A stretch of DNA of 49,612 bases from Candidatus Gottesmanbacteria bacterium UBA6580 (GTDB lineage Bacteria > Patescibacteriota > Microgenomatia > UBA10105 > UBA927), in NCBI GenBank assembly GCA_002433895.1, contig DJJA01000005.1, positions 69,883-119,494 of the forward strand. Direction: 5' to 3'. The position numbers and the translations under genes are program-made. Below are positions 15,760-26,010 of the stretch, piece after piece. Below the pieces are notes generated by a model, which saw nothing but the letters and a program-made list of their open reading frames with translations, ran no database searches and was not told the origin of the DNA. The number at the start of each line of letters is the position of its first letter. Position 1 is the stretch's first letter.

Positions 15760-16875
15760 ATGAAAACCATTACCCACTTCACATCGGAGTCCGTGGCAAG
15801 CGGGCATCCCGACAAAATCTGTGACCAGATTTCCGACGCAATTGTCGACGCGGCACTTGCAGCTGATCCGAAAGCACGGGTAGCAGTAGAAACGCTCGTA
15901 ACCACCGATCGCGTGGTGCTCGCAGGAGAAGTAACGTGCAAGAAAAAGCTGGATTACGAGGGTATCGCCCGGAAAACGATCAAATCCCTAGGGTATACCA
16001 ACGGCGTCTACAATTTCTCATACAAATCGCCGATTTCTGTCTATATCCATCAGCAATCACCTGATATAGCGGTGGGAGTAGATGATGGCGGCGCGGGAGA
16101 CCAGGGGATGATGTTCGGCTACGCGACCAACGAAACGCCGGAGTACATGCCTATGCCGCTCGTCCTTGCGCACCGCTTGGTAGAGCGGATGGACGAAGCG
16201 CGGGAGAAAAAAATTCTGCCGTATCTTCGCCCCGATGGCAAAAGTGAAGTAAAAGTGATTTATGAAAATAACAAGCCCGTGGGAGTTGAGCGGATTGTGC
16301 TTGCCGTGCCCCATGACCCGAAAATAAGTAATGCACAACTTAAAAAAGCGCTGTATGACAAAGTGGTCAAGCCGGTGCTTAAAAAATACAAAATGAATGC
16401 ACCCGCGATCGACGACGTGATCGTCAACGGCAGTAAAGGCAAATGGGAAATCGGCGGGCCGGCGTCTGACACTGGCGTGACGGGGCGTAAAATTATTGTC
16501 GATACCTACGGAGGCTTTTCCCGTCATGGTGGCGGTGCGTTTTCCGGCAAAGACCCGACCAAGGTTGACCGGAGCGGTGCGTATGCCGCTCGCTTTATCG
16601 CCAAAAATATTGTCGCCAAAGGGCTCGCTGACCGGGTAGAAATCCGGGTTGCCTATGTCATCGGCCAACGGGAACCACTTGGGAAGGCAATTGAAACATT
16701 CGGTACTGAGAAAAAGTCTCTGGCACAGATAGAGGAATTTGCATGGAAACTCCTCGACCTCTCTGTGCCGGGTATCCTAGAAGGGCTGAAACTACGCCGC
16801 CCTATATACCGTGAAACCGCGCGGTATGGTCATTTCGGGCGAGCTAGTTTCCCATGGGAGAAAGTGGTAGCATAA
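15760..16875 (+). CDS. metK: S-adenosylmethionine synthetase
   Basis: FTSESVASGHPDKICDQISDA, GAGDQG and GGGAFSGKDPTKVDRS. ATG 15760 with GAAAGGAAA RBS; the track start lies inside the riboswitch. Confidence 0.95.
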   Translation: MKTITHFTSESVASGHPDKICDQISDAIVDAALAADPKARVAVETLVTTDRVVLAGEVTCKKKLDYEGIARKTIKSLGYTNGVYNFSYKSPISVYIHQQSPDIAVGVDDGGAGDQGMMFGYATNETPEYMPMPLVLAHRLVERMDEAREKKILPYLRPDGKSEVKVIYENNKPVGVERIVLAVPHDPKISNAQLKKALYDKVVKPVLKKYKMNAPAIDDVIVNGSKGKWEIGGPASDTGVTGRKIIVDTYGGFSRHGGGAFSGKDPTKVDRSGAYAARFIAKNIVAKGLADRVEIRVAYVIGQREPLGKAIETFGTEKKSLAQIEEFAWKLLDLSVPGILEGLKLRRPIYRETARYGHFGRASFPWEKVVA

Positions 16876-16884
16876 GCGCTAGAA

Positions 16885-18063
16885 ATGGCTGACAGCAGAC
16901 CACTTGCCGACATCCTGCGTCCACAAGCCCTCGATGATGTTATAGGGCAGGATCACCTCGTCGGTGAGCAAGGGATTATCCGGAAATTTTTAACCAGTGG
17001 GTTTTTACCCTCCATGGTATTTTGGGGGCCGCCAGGTAGTGGTAAAACGACGCTTGCCTATTTGTTGGCAACTCTCACTAAGGCGGAGTTTGTCGCTAAA
17101 TCCGCGGTCAACACGACGCTATCGGAACTTCGCAGCATTGTTTCTGAAGCGCAAAAGCGGCTGGACACTACCGGCAAACGAACGGTATTTTTTATTGATG
17201 AAATACATAGGTTTAATAAAGCACAACAGGACTCACTACTGCCCCATGTCGAGAAGGGCACGATTATCTTTATTGGCGCCACGACAGAAAATCCATCATT
17301 TGAAGTAATCAGCGCGTTGCTGTCGCGGTGCCGGGTGCTGGTGTTAAAGCCGTTAGATGCCATGGCTCTTACCAAAATTCTCGATCGGGGACTTGGGTAC
17401 GTAAAAAAGACGATAGATAATGAAGGCAGGAAATTTTTGCTCGAGGTGGCAAACGGTGACGCGAGAGCGATGCTCACCACGCTCGAAATCGCCGCGTCCA
17501 TCGTCAAAAGCAAAAAATTAACCATCAAAGACATCGAAGAAGCCGCTCAGCGGAAAATGCTCCAGTATGACCGCGTGGGCGAAGAGCATTACAACACGAT
17601 AAGCGCATTTATCAAATCTATGCGGTCATCTGATGTCGATGCGGCGCTTTACTATCTCGCCCGTATGGTAGACGCTGGCGAAGACGCACTGTTTATCGCG
17701 CGCCGCATGGTGGTATTTGCCTCCGAAGATATCGGTATGGCGCAACCCACCGCACTTGTGGTCGCAAACGCGGTTTTTGAGGCATGCCATAAAATAGGCT
17801 ACCCCGAATGTCAGGAAAATTTGGCGCACGGCGTGGTGTACCTATGCCTTGCCAAAAAAGACCGGAGTGCCTATGATGCGTACTTTGCTGCCCTCGATGA
17901 CGTTAAAAAGTACGGGAATCTGCCTATACCGCTCAAAATCCGAAACGCGCCTACCCAACTTATGAAAGACCTAGACTACGGCAAAGGGTACCGGGCATAT
18001 ACCAGCGAAAGCTACCTACCTGATAAACTAAAAGGGAAGACATATTACAATAAGAAAGGGTGA
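16885..18063 (+). CDS. rarA: Replication-associated recombination protein A (AAA+ ATPase)
   Basis: RPQALDDVIGQDHL, Walker A GPPGSGKTT, Walker B FIDEIHRFNK, and a MgsA C-terminal region (..HYNTISAFIKSMRSSDVDAALYYLARM..). Confidence 0.9.
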   Translation: MADSRPLADILRPQALDDVIGQDHLVGEQGIIRKFLTSGFLPSMVFWGPPGSGKTTLAYLLATLTKAEFVAKSAVNTTLSELRSIVSEAQKRLDTTGKRTVFFIDEIHRFNKAQQDSLLPHVEKGTIIFIGATTENPSFEVISALLSRCRVLVLKPLDAMALTKILDRGLGYVKKTIDNEGRKFLLEVANGDARAMLTTLEIAASIVKSKKLTIKDIEEAAQRKMLQYDRVGEEHYNTISAFIKSMRSSDVDAALYYLARMVDAGEDALFIARRMVVFASEDIGMAQPTALVVANAVFEACHKIGYPECQENLAHGVVYLCLAKKDRSAYDAYFAALDDVKKYGNLPIPLKIRNAPTQLMKDLDYGKGYRAYTSESYLPDKLKGKTYYNKKG

Positions 18064-18071
18064 TATCAGCC

Positions 18072-18332
18072 ATGGATATCCCGATAGGCAAGGTAACCCG
18101 CTACTATGATGCCCTGCATATCGCAGTCGTCGAAGTGCTTAATCAGGCGCTGAAAGTGGGAGACAAAGTGAAAATTTCCGGTTCTGACACTGCATTTGTA
18201 CAGGACGTCGTTTCACTTCAGGTTGCCTATACTGCTGTTTCAGAGGTGGCAGTCGGAGAAGTGTGCGGACTTTTGGTTGATAAACCAGTAAACGCCGGAG
18301 ACGTATTGTTTTTGCTAACACGAAAATCATGA
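18072..18332 (+). CDS. Small beta-barrel protein (EF-Tu domain-2-like)
   Basis: 86 aa, KVGDKVKISG..VGEVCGLLVDKPVNAGDVLF. ATG at 18072. Confidence 0.45.
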   Translation: MDIPIGKVTRYYDALHIAVVEVLNQALKVGDKVKISGSDTAFVQDVVSLQVAYTAVSEVAVGEVCGLLVDKPVNAGDVLFLLTRKS

Positions 18333-18748
18333 ATAGAGAAACTTCAGCTGGCGGTATCATTGTGAGCTTCAGGAAGGGGCAGGCGTATGTTTTGCTCATG
18401 AAAGACATGAAGGGTCTCTGGACGTTTCCGAAAGGTAAGATAGAAGAAGGCGAAGATTTACAACAAACCGCTCTACGCGAAATAGAGGAAGAAGTTGGGG
18501 TGAAGCGCCTCACCTTTATTTCTGAACTCACGCCGGTTATGTACTGGTATTTCCGTAAGGGTGCGATACGGAAAACAGTACATTATTTCCTTTTCCGGAG
18601 TACTACCCTGCAAAAAGTACAGCCTCAGACAGAAGAAGGTATCACGGAAGCAAAATGGGTGCCGTGGGGAGAAGCGTCTGGTATTATTGGCTATCCGAAA
18701 ACAAATAGGCCTTTACTTCGTGAAGCTGCAGAAAAGTTGAAAAAATAA
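18329..18748 (+). CDS. NUDIX hydrolase
   Basis: Nudix box GKIEEGEDLQQTALREIEEEVG. Confidence 0.8.
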   Translation: MNRETSAGGIIVSFRKGQAYVLLMKDMKGLWTFPKGKIEEGEDLQQTALREIEEEVGVKRLTFISELTPVMYWYFRKGAIRKTVHYFLFRSTTLQKVQPQTEEGITEAKWVPWGEASGIIGYPKTNRPLLREAAEKLKK

Positions 18749-18764
18749 TACAGGAACAAAACGT

Positions 18765-19454
18765 ATGCTGTATCTTATACACGGTGATCAAACAGAAGCG
18801 GCGCGGGCAAAACTCGTCGAGCTCAAAAATCACGCGAAAAACAAAGAAGTCCGTGAGATAAACGGGAAACGGCTCGATGGCACGATGCTCGTGCAGGCAA
18901 TGGAATCGTCATCGCTGTTTGGTTCCGATGTATTTGTCGTTATCGAGGGTTTTATCAGTAACGCTAAAAAACGCGAAAAATCATTCGCGGCGACTCTTTC
19001 CCAGATAGTTGAAGCCGGTAAAAACGCTGATATTGTATTGTATGAAGAAAAGGAGGTTGAGAAGTCTACCCTCACGAAACTCGGTGCGCAGTGTACCGCA
19101 TTTTTGTATAAAACTCCGGTGGTGATTTTCCAATTTTTAGATAGTCTGCGGCCGGGTAACGCCGCTACTTCGCTTTCGTACTTTGCTCAGGTGGTAGAAA
19201 ATGACGTGCCTGAAATAGTCTTTACGCTGCTTGTACGCCGCGTGCGCCAGCTTATCCAGTTGAAGGATGGGATAATTCCGGAGGGCTTGCAAGAGTGGCA
19301 GGCGGGGCGCTTGACTTCCCAAGCGCGGCATTTTACGATTGAACAACTCGTTCGTATGCATAAACGCTTACTCGCTATTGATATTGCGGTTAAATCGAGC
19401 GCCTCGCCCTTCACGCTTACGCAACAATTAGAGCAACTCATTATCAATCTCTAA
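18765..19454 (+). CDS. holA: DNA polymerase III delta subunit-like protein (short form)
   Basis: 229 aa with an MLYLIHGDQ.. start, LFG.. motif region and a helical C-terminus. Assignment rests on overall resemblance only. Confidence 0.5.
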   Translation: MLYLIHGDQTEAARAKLVELKNHAKNKEVREINGKRLDGTMLVQAMESSSLFGSDVFVVIEGFISNAKKREKSFAATLSQIVEAGKNADIVLYEEKEVEKSTLTKLGAQCTAFLYKTPVVIFQFLDSLRPGNAATSLSYFAQVVENDVPEIVFTLLVRRVRQLIQLKDGIIPEGLQEWQAGRLTSQARHFTIEQLVRMHKRLLAIDIAVKSSASPFTLTQQLEQLIINL

Positions 19455-19465
19455 AAGGAGGTATT

Positions 19466-20884
19466 ATGGCAACAAATGTTCCAGATCATGTGTTTCGCGG
19501 GTACGACCTTCGGGGATTAGTCGGAAGTGAGTTAGACACAGAAAATGTGGAGCTCCTCGCGCGGGGCTATGCGACATGGCTACTCCAGCGCCGTATTTAC
19601 GACTGTGTATTGGGTTATGACTGTCGGCTTTCTAGTCCTGAATTCCGGGATGCGATGGTCAAGGGACTCACTGATTCGGGTATTACGGTATATGACATCG
19701 GTATGACGCTGTCACAAATCTCCTATTTTGCCGGTTACTATTTCCGGACAAAAGGGCTCGTCATGATTACCGCGTCCCACAATCCTAAAGAATACAACGG
19801 ATTTAAATTCGGTATGGGCTTTTCCGAAACCATGCTTTCCGAAGAAATTATCGAGCTTCGGGATCTCGTGAAAAGCGGGAAATTTGTTACCCGGGCGCCA
19901 AAAGGCGTGGTTATCCAAAAAGATATAAAGCAGGAGTATATTGACGATCTCAAACGCAGGATTGATCCTATAAAGCGTTTTAAGGTTGTTATCGATTCCT
20001 GCGCGGCAACTACGGGTATTTATTTACCCGATATATTGCGGTCGGTAGGTTGCGAAGTTATCGAACAAAACACCAAGCCGGACGGCAATTTTCCCGTAGG
20101 TACCCCTGATCCCACCGAGCATGAGGTGCAAACAAGACTAGCAGAGCGCGTCGTCAAAGAAAAAGCAGATATGGGCTTTTCGTATGACTGCGACGGAGAC
20201 CGTGTCGGTATCGTCGATCACACCGGTAGGCTTATTTGGAACGACGTGCTCGTTTCTATTTTTTCCGTCGATGTGCTTTCTTACCTGCCCGGCGCAAACA
20301 TTATCTACAATGTGCTTTGTTCCAAGCAGGTAGATGAAGTCATCCGCGCTTACGGCGGGGTTCCGGTGATGTGGAAGACAGGGCATTCGTTTATCAAAGC
20401 GAAAGTGCGTGAAGCACGCTCACCGTTTGGTGGTGAATTATCCGGACATTTCTTTTTTATGGATAATTTCTACGGGCATGATGACGGTGCTATCGCCACG
20501 CTCCGTTTGCTGGCGTATCTTACCCGTGTCGACAAAACACTGGCGGCAGTCATTGATGAGCTTCCAAAATACGTTTCCAGTCCGGAAATAAAAGTGGGAT
20601 GCCCCGACGCAGTTAAATTCCAAATCGTCACGGATAAAATCGGCGGCGAGATGAAAAAGCTGTATCCCAATGCAAAATATGTCGAAATAGACGGCGTACG
20701 TATGGATACCGAAAAAGAAATGTTGATTGTGAGAGCCAGCCAAAACGGGCCATATCTCACCATCAAATTTGAAGGTAAAACAGTAGAAGCATACGACAAC
20801 CTGAAACACCAGGTGTCGGAAATCCTGCATAAGGTTCCTGAAGTAAATTTCAGTGAAGGAGTGAACACAAAAGCGTTAGAGTAA
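19466..20884 (+). CDS. Phosphomannomutase/phosphoglucomutase
   Basis: Active-site TASHNP, metal loop DCDGDRVG, and a GELSGH sugar-binding loop. Confidence 0.9.
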   Translation: MATNVPDHVFRGYDLRGLVGSELDTENVELLARGYATWLLQRRIYDCVLGYDCRLSSPEFRDAMVKGLTDSGITVYDIGMTLSQISYFAGYYFRTKGLVMITASHNPKEYNGFKFGMGFSETMLSEEIIELRDLVKSGKFVTRAPKGVVIQKDIKQEYIDDLKRRIDPIKRFKVVIDSCAATTGIYLPDILRSVGCEVIEQNTKPDGNFPVGTPDPTEHEVQTRLAERVVKEKADMGFSYDCDGDRVGIVDHTGRLIWNDVLVSIFSVDVLSYLPGANIIYNVLCSKQVDEVIRAYGGVPVMWKTGHSFIKAKVREARSPFGGELSGHFFFMDNFYGHDDGAIATLRLLAYLTRVDKTLAAVIDELPKYVSSPEIKVGCPDAVKFQIVTDKIGGEMKKLYPNAKYVEIDGVRMDTEKEMLIVRASQNGPYLTIKFEGKTVEAYDNLKHQVSEILHKVPEVNFSEGVNTKALE

Positions 20885-20896
20885 CAACAGTTCCTT

Positions 20897-22084
20897 ATGG
20901 ATACAAAACAGCTGCGTCCATATCTGGTCATTCCGAAGCTTATCGAGCAACCCACGTGGGGTGGCACGTACATTGCCGAGTCAAAAAAATGGCAGGATAC
21001 GCCTTATCTTGCCGGCAAAAAAATCGGTCAGTCGTATGAACTGTATGATAAGAGCAATCTTTCGTTTGCGTTATCAAGCGAGGAGGCACAGTTTAGTGGT
21101 GAAATCGCTGATAACAAATCGGTCGAACAGCAATCAGTCATCCCCAATAGCATGGCGTTAGCTGACCTCATAGCGGCAGATCCGGATGCGGTACTGGGAA
21201 AGCGTATCGTCAGTACCTATGGTGCCAAGATGCATTTACTGCTGAAATTTACTCAAGCGCTTGGCAATTCATTTCAACTTCATATTCCTGATGGGGTGAA
21301 AAATGACCGTTGGAAACCAAAGCCGGAATCCTGGTATTACTTTGAGCCAGGACTTATTACCTGCGGCGTCAGAAAAGATGTAGATTGGGGGGCATACGAG
21401 GGCGCGGTTACCAAACTGGATACAGAGATGCAGTCAGTTGCCGCCCGGGTACGTGATGGGTCACTCAGCTATGAAGATGCCAAGACGCTTATTGCGAAGC
21501 TGGTGAAAGAGGCAAATCCATGGCAATACGTCAATGTTTTGCGTGTAGAAAAAGGAACATTACTTGACCTTTCCCCTTGTGGTATCCATCATTCATGGGA
21601 AGAAGACCTCGCTGCTATTCCTTTGGGTAATGTGTTGTATGAAATTCAACTTAATGTGATGGATGACGTCGCCACACTCCGCAGCTTTGATAAGGGAAAA
21701 ATATCAAAGGATGGCAAGCTCCGACCGCTGCAGATCGCCGAATACTTTGCGTATGCCGACCGGAGTCCTGCTGCGAATGATCCGAAAACACATATGCGAG
21801 AGGCAAAGAATGTCGCACAAACCAGTGCGTATACGCATGATCGAATATTGGAAACTAAGTATTATTCTATGGACCGGGTAACGTTTGGTAAATCCGGGTC
21901 GCTCTTTGAATCGGCTTTGGAGACGTTCCGTCATGTTTTCGTAAAGTCGGGTGCAATGACCGTGGCAGCGGGCGGTGTATCAGTGACGGTCACTACCGGG
22001 CACTCGGTGTTTATCCCGGCGGGATGTGCGGCATACACCATAACATCGTCATTACCCGATACTGAAGTGCTTATTTCATATTAG
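20897..22084 (+). CDS. Type I mannose-6-phosphate isomerase-like cupin
   Basis: QPTWGG.., GQSYEL.. and LLLKFTQALGNSFQLHIPD (cf. LSIQVHP zinc motif). Confidence 0.6.
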   Translation: MDTKQLRPYLVIPKLIEQPTWGGTYIAESKKWQDTPYLAGKKIGQSYELYDKSNLSFALSSEEAQFSGEIADNKSVEQQSVIPNSMALADLIAADPDAVLGKRIVSTYGAKMHLLLKFTQALGNSFQLHIPDGVKNDRWKPKPESWYYFEPGLITCGVRKDVDWGAYEGAVTKLDTEMQSVAARVRDGSLSYEDAKTLIAKLVKEANPWQYVNVLRVEKGTLLDLSPCGIHHSWEEDLAAIPLGNVLYEIQLNVMDDVATLRSFDKGKISKDGKLRPLQIAEYFAYADRSPAANDPKTHMREAKNVAQTSAYTHDRILETKYYSMDRVTFGKSGSLFESALETFRHVFVKSGAMTVAAGGVSVTVTTGHSVFIPAGCAAYTITSSLPDTEVLISY

Positions 22085-22097
22085 AAAGGGGAACATT

Positions 22098-23015
22098 ATG
22101 CATATTCCGACACTCGATACAACCGTCCTGGAAGCTTTGGATTTTTTTACAAAGACACCACCCCCGGCGCTTGATATTAGCACATATTCCCTTCCGTTTG
22201 TCGTGGGTAGTGGTAATGCCATCAATACCGGAAAGATCCTTTTTTCCGGCAAAGCAGCGATTTTTGCCGATGAGAGCAATTTCCGTCAGATTGCCTCAGC
22301 GTACAAGCCGGTCATCGACAAAGGACTCATAACGGACGCCGTCATCATATCGGCCTCGGGAGAAAAAGATTCCGTGTGGGAGTTAGAGCTCGCGAAGGAG
22401 ATGAAACTAACCACGACATTACTCACCTGCAAACCAAACTCCACGGGCGCGGGCATCGCCGATCATGTGTATGCCTATAAAAGTATCGCTGAGCCGTATA
22501 CGTACAATACTTCTACGTATCTTGGCATGGTGCTTTCCGCTACCCGGGAGCAGGCGGCGGACATGAAAAAATTCATACAAGCCGTACAATTACCCGCTGG
22601 GTTTGCTGATTACCAGGCGTATACGTTCGTACTTCCTGACGATTATCTCAACGTGGGACCGATGGTAGAAATAAAAGGTGATGAATTATTCGGGCCCCAT
22701 GTCATGATCCGTGCGTTCCCGCAGGGGCACGCCCGGCATGCCAAGTTTGTCCATCCGTGGGAGGGGGAGCTTGTTATCACCTTGGGAAGTGTGAATACCT
22801 ATTTCGGTGATCCTGCACACCGGTGGGATATACTGCTCGATGAGAAAGCAAGCTTTGGCACCGTTATTGCGCTTACGTATTATCTCTGTGGTCAAATACA
22901 AAAAGTAAAGCCGGATTACTTTATGCAGCACATCGCGGCATTTTGTAATGATTATGGCCCTAAAGCATACGGCAAGCCGGAACAATTTGACATAATCGTG
23001 CCAGCGAACCCCTAA
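22098..23015 (+). CDS. SIS-domain-like sugar-phosphate isomerase candidate
   Basis: VVGSGNAINTG and VIISASGEKDS..LAKEMKL patterns resemble SIS-fold (PGI/PMI-type) motifs. It sits between the PMI-like and HAD genes. Confidence 0.4.
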   Translation: MHIPTLDTTVLEALDFFTKTPPPALDISTYSLPFVVGSGNAINTGKILFSGKAAIFADESNFRQIASAYKPVIDKGLITDAVIISASGEKDSVWELELAKEMKLTTTLLTCKPNSTGAGIADHVYAYKSIAEPYTYNTSTYLGMVLSATREQAADMKKFIQAVQLPAGFADYQAYTFVLPDDYLNVGPMVEIKGDELFGPHVMIRAFPQGHARHAKFVHPWEGELVITLGSVNTYFGDPAHRWDILLDEKASFGTVIALTYYLCGQIQKVKPDYFMQHIAAFCNDYGPKAYGKPEQFDIIVPANP

Positions 23016-23017
23016 AT

Positions 23018-23680
23018 TTAGTTTCTTGGCGCGAGAAATGCCAAGCAAGCGCTCCTTAATTCTTCTATCGTATGTGCGTATTGGGTGACCCCGGTCGGCA
23101 TCCGTTTCGTATCGACATGCTGGGCAAAGCAGCAGACGTTGGCTCCTGAAGCGATGCCTGCGTTTATGCCGGTTTGGGAATCCTCGATTATGAGTGTATC
23201 TTTGGGATGTACGTTCAGCGCCTTCATAGCCGCGATATACCCGTCGGGGGCAGGTTTTGGTTGTAACTCAGGGTGTTCATTAACGGATTCGACAAACCGG
23301 AATACGTCATGGTGTTGTAAACGGCTCAAGACAATCCGTATCCAGTCCATCGGGGAAGAAGAGACTAATCCGACAACAGCATCCGCAGCTTTTAATTCGC
23401 CGAATAATGCATCCATACCTGCCGTTATCGGACAGGTGGCATATATATTCCGGGCTATACGGTCATACCCGTTATAAAATTCCTCGCGTGAACCGCTAAA
23501 CCCTAATTTTTTTGCCCAAGCATATATAAGGCTTTCCGAAAATCCCCGTGTGTTGCCGATAATAAGATGAGCCGCGGAAGGCGTCAATATTTTCCGGAGA
23601 TAATCAGGCTCCTTCTCGTTCCATAAACCTTCACTGTGAGCAATAACGCCGTCCATGTCGAAAATGATTGCTTTATGCAT
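23018..23680 (-). CDS. HAD-superfamily hydrolase (beta-phosphoglucomutase-like subfamily)
   Basis: IIFDMDGVI motif I, a VSSS motif II region and IEDSQTGINAG motif III/IV. ATG at 23680. Confidence 0.8.
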   Translation of the reverse strand: MHKAIIFDMDGVIAHSEGLWNEKEPDYLRKILTPSAAHLIIGNTRGFSESLIYAWAKKLGFSGSREEFYNGYDRIARNIYATCPITAGMDALFGELKAADAVVGLVSSSPMDWIRIVLSRLQHHDVFRFVESVNEHPELQPKPAPDGYIAAMKALNVHPKDTLIIEDSQTGINAGIASGANVCCFAQHVDTKRMPTGVTQYAHTIEELRSACLAFLAPRN

Positions 23681-23733
23681 AGCGTGTATTATAGCACTTG
23701 CGATTTTTGCCAAAATTACCCATACTGATTGAT

Positions 23734-26007
23734 ATGACCAAAAAGTTTGTGGTGTGGTTTAAAGAAGTTGATCGTGACGATATCGGTACGGTCGGAGGCA
23801 AAGGCGCAAATTTAGGCGAAATGACCAAAGCGGGGTTTCCCGTCCCCAACGGATTTATTGTCACCGCGCAGGCATACTTTCATTTCCTAGACGAAGCACA
23901 TCTCCGGGACGATCTCGCCGATTTACTGCATGGACTTGATGTCAGTAACAGTAAGCAGCTGGCGGAAACAGGCAAAGCCATACGGTCACTCATTACCCGT
24001 GCTAAGTTTCCTAACGATATCGCCTCAGATGTTATGAAGGCATATTTCAAGCTGGATACCGGCTTACTCCGGCACTCACCAGTGGCGGTGCGTTCGTCGG
24101 CAACAGCGGAAGATTTACCGGAAGCATCGTTTGCCGGTCAACAAGCGACATTTCTAAACGTCCAGGGCGAAGCCAATCTCCTCGAAAAAATAAAAGAGGC
24201 GTGGGCCTCGCTCTTTACCGACCGGGCGATATTTTACCGCGCTACGCATAAATTTGACCATTTTAAAGTCGGCATCGCTGTGCCGGTGCAGCGGATGGTG
24301 CAGTCTGACCTTTCGGGGATTATGTTTACTATTGATCCCGTCACAAATGACAAAACCAAAGTAGTGGTAGACGGCATATTCGGTCTGGGCGAAATGATTG
24401 TCCAGGGTGCGGTAACTCCGGATCATTATGTGGTAGATAAAGCCTCAGAAAAAATTTTGGAAAAGGAAGTAAATATCCAGGAAAAAATCATGACCAAGCG
24501 GAACGGTAAAACACTTATTAGTCCTGTGCCTAAATCAAAAGGATCACAAGCAAAACTGACTGATGAACAAATTATCGCGCTCGCACGCGAAGGAAAGAAA
24601 CTTGAAAAACATTACTTTTTTCCTCAAGATATCGAATGGGCTATAGAAAAAGGGAAGGTGTACATCGTACAAACCCGTCCGGTTACCACGACAAAAACGA
24701 AAGCCACGAGTCTGCAGCCGACGGTCAGCCCGAAACATGAAGTATTTTTGAAAGGTGATGCCGCAAGTCCTGGCATGGCGAGCGGACCTGTACAAATTCT
24801 TTATAGCCCCAAGGATTTGGGGAAAGTGCATCCGGGAGACGTGCTGGTCGCCCAGATGACCAACCCAGACTTTGTCCCTGCCATGAAAAAAGCCGTAGCG
24901 ATCGTCACAGAGCGCGGCGGACGGACATCGCACGCGGCAATTGTGTCCCGTGAACTGGGAATACCCGCGGTCGTCGGTACTACCAATGCCATGAAGTCTC
25001 TGAAAGACAACCAGGTGATTACGGTAAATGGCACCACGGGAGAGATTTACAAAGGCGCAGTCGCCATAACCCGTCCACAGTCATCGATGGTGAGTGTGGG
25101 TCCCAAAGTGAAGCTGAAAACTGCCACGCGCGTGTATATGAACCTCGCGCAAGCAGGGCGGGCAAAAGAAGTTTCGACACTTGGTGCCGACGGTGTCGGG
25201 TTATTGCGTGCTGAATTTATTATGGCAAGCGTCGGCATTCACCCCAAAAAAATTATTGCTGATAAAAAACAGCAGATGTTTATTGATCTTGTGGCAGGAC
25301 AGATCGCCTCCATAGCCGAAGCGTTTGCGCCACGGCCGGTAGTTTACCGGACAACGGATTTTAAAACTAATGAGTACCGGAACCTCAAAGGTGGTGCCGC
25401 GTTTGAGCCCGAAGAGCCCAATCCTATGCTAGGATTCCGGGGAGCCGCGAGATACATCGCAAATCCGGATGTATTTGAACTCGAATTGGAAGCCATAAAG
25501 ACGGTGCGCAACAAAATGGGGCTCAAGAACTTATGGATCATGATCCCGTTTGTCCGAACGCCCGAAGAGCTTGCTGAGGTGAAGAAAATGGTTTCAGCAA
25601 GCGGCTTGGCGCGTTCGAGCACATTTAAGCTATGGATGATGGTAGAGATTCCCACCAATGTGTTGCGCATAGAGGATTTCCTCGAAGTGGGCATAGACGG
25701 GGTGTCAATCGGTTCCAACGACCTTACCATGCTTACCATGGGCACTGACCGTGATAACAGTGAAGTAGCGCATGACTTTTCAGAAACTGACCCGTCGCTG
25801 CTGTGGTCGTTTGAAAAGGTAATCCGTACCTGTGCGAAAAAAGGAGTAACTACCTCTATGTGCGGTCAGGCACCATCCGACTCTGCTGAGTTAGTAGAAA
25901 AGCTCGTATCGTGGGGAATTACCAGTATCTCCGTCAATGCTGATGCTGTAGATCATGTACGGGCTACCGTGGCAGCAGCCGAACAGCGCCTCGTGTCCCG
26001 CAAGTGA
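23734..26007 (+). CDS. ppsA: Phosphoenolpyruvate synthase (pyruvate, water dikinase)
   Basis: VGGKGANLGEM, phosphohistidine region GGRTSHAAIVSRELGIPAVVG, and a C-terminal PEP-utilising TIM-barrel (SIGSNDLT). Confidence 0.9.
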   Translation: MTKKFVVWFKEVDRDDIGTVGGKGANLGEMTKAGFPVPNGFIVTAQAYFHFLDEAHLRDDLADLLHGLDVSNSKQLAETGKAIRSLITRAKFPNDIASDVMKAYFKLDTGLLRHSPVAVRSSATAEDLPEASFAGQQATFLNVQGEANLLEKIKEAWASLFTDRAIFYRATHKFDHFKVGIAVPVQRMVQSDLSGIMFTIDPVTNDKTKVVVDGIFGLGEMIVQGAVTPDHYVVDKASEKILEKEVNIQEKIMTKRNGKTLISPVPKSKGSQAKLTDEQIIALAREGKKLEKHYFFPQDIEWAIEKGKVYIVQTRPVTTTKTKATSLQPTVSPKHEVFLKGDAASPGMASGPVQILYSPKDLGKVHPGDVLVAQMTNPDFVPAMKKAVAIVTERGGRTSHAAIVSRELGIPAVVGTTNAMKSLKDNQVITVNGTTGEIYKGAVAITRPQSSMVSVGPKVKLKTATRVYMNLAQAGRAKEVSTLGADGVGLLRAEFIMASVGIHPKKIIADKKQQMFIDLVAGQIASIAEAFAPRPVVYRTTDFKTNEYRNLKGGAAFEPEEPNPMLGFRGAARYIANPDVFELELEAIKTVRNKMGLKNLWIMIPFVRTPEELAEVKKMVSASGLARSSTFKLWMMVEIPTNVLRIEDFLEVGIDGVSIGSNDLTMLTMGTDRDNSEVAHDFSETDPSLLWSFEKVIRTCAKKGVTTSMCGQAPSDSAELVEKLVSWGITSISVNADAVDHVRATVAAAEQRLVSRK

Positions 26008-26010
26008 CCT

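Noticed and set aside
16057-16668. A 203-aa antisense ORF inside metK. Similar long antisense ORFs lie inside uvrA (35953-36432, 36787-37353), ppsA, rarA, acs, PMM and uvrC.
   Set aside because: They are shadow ORFs opposite genes with unambiguous conserved motifs. Their composition is R/S/G-rich and typical of antisense frames.
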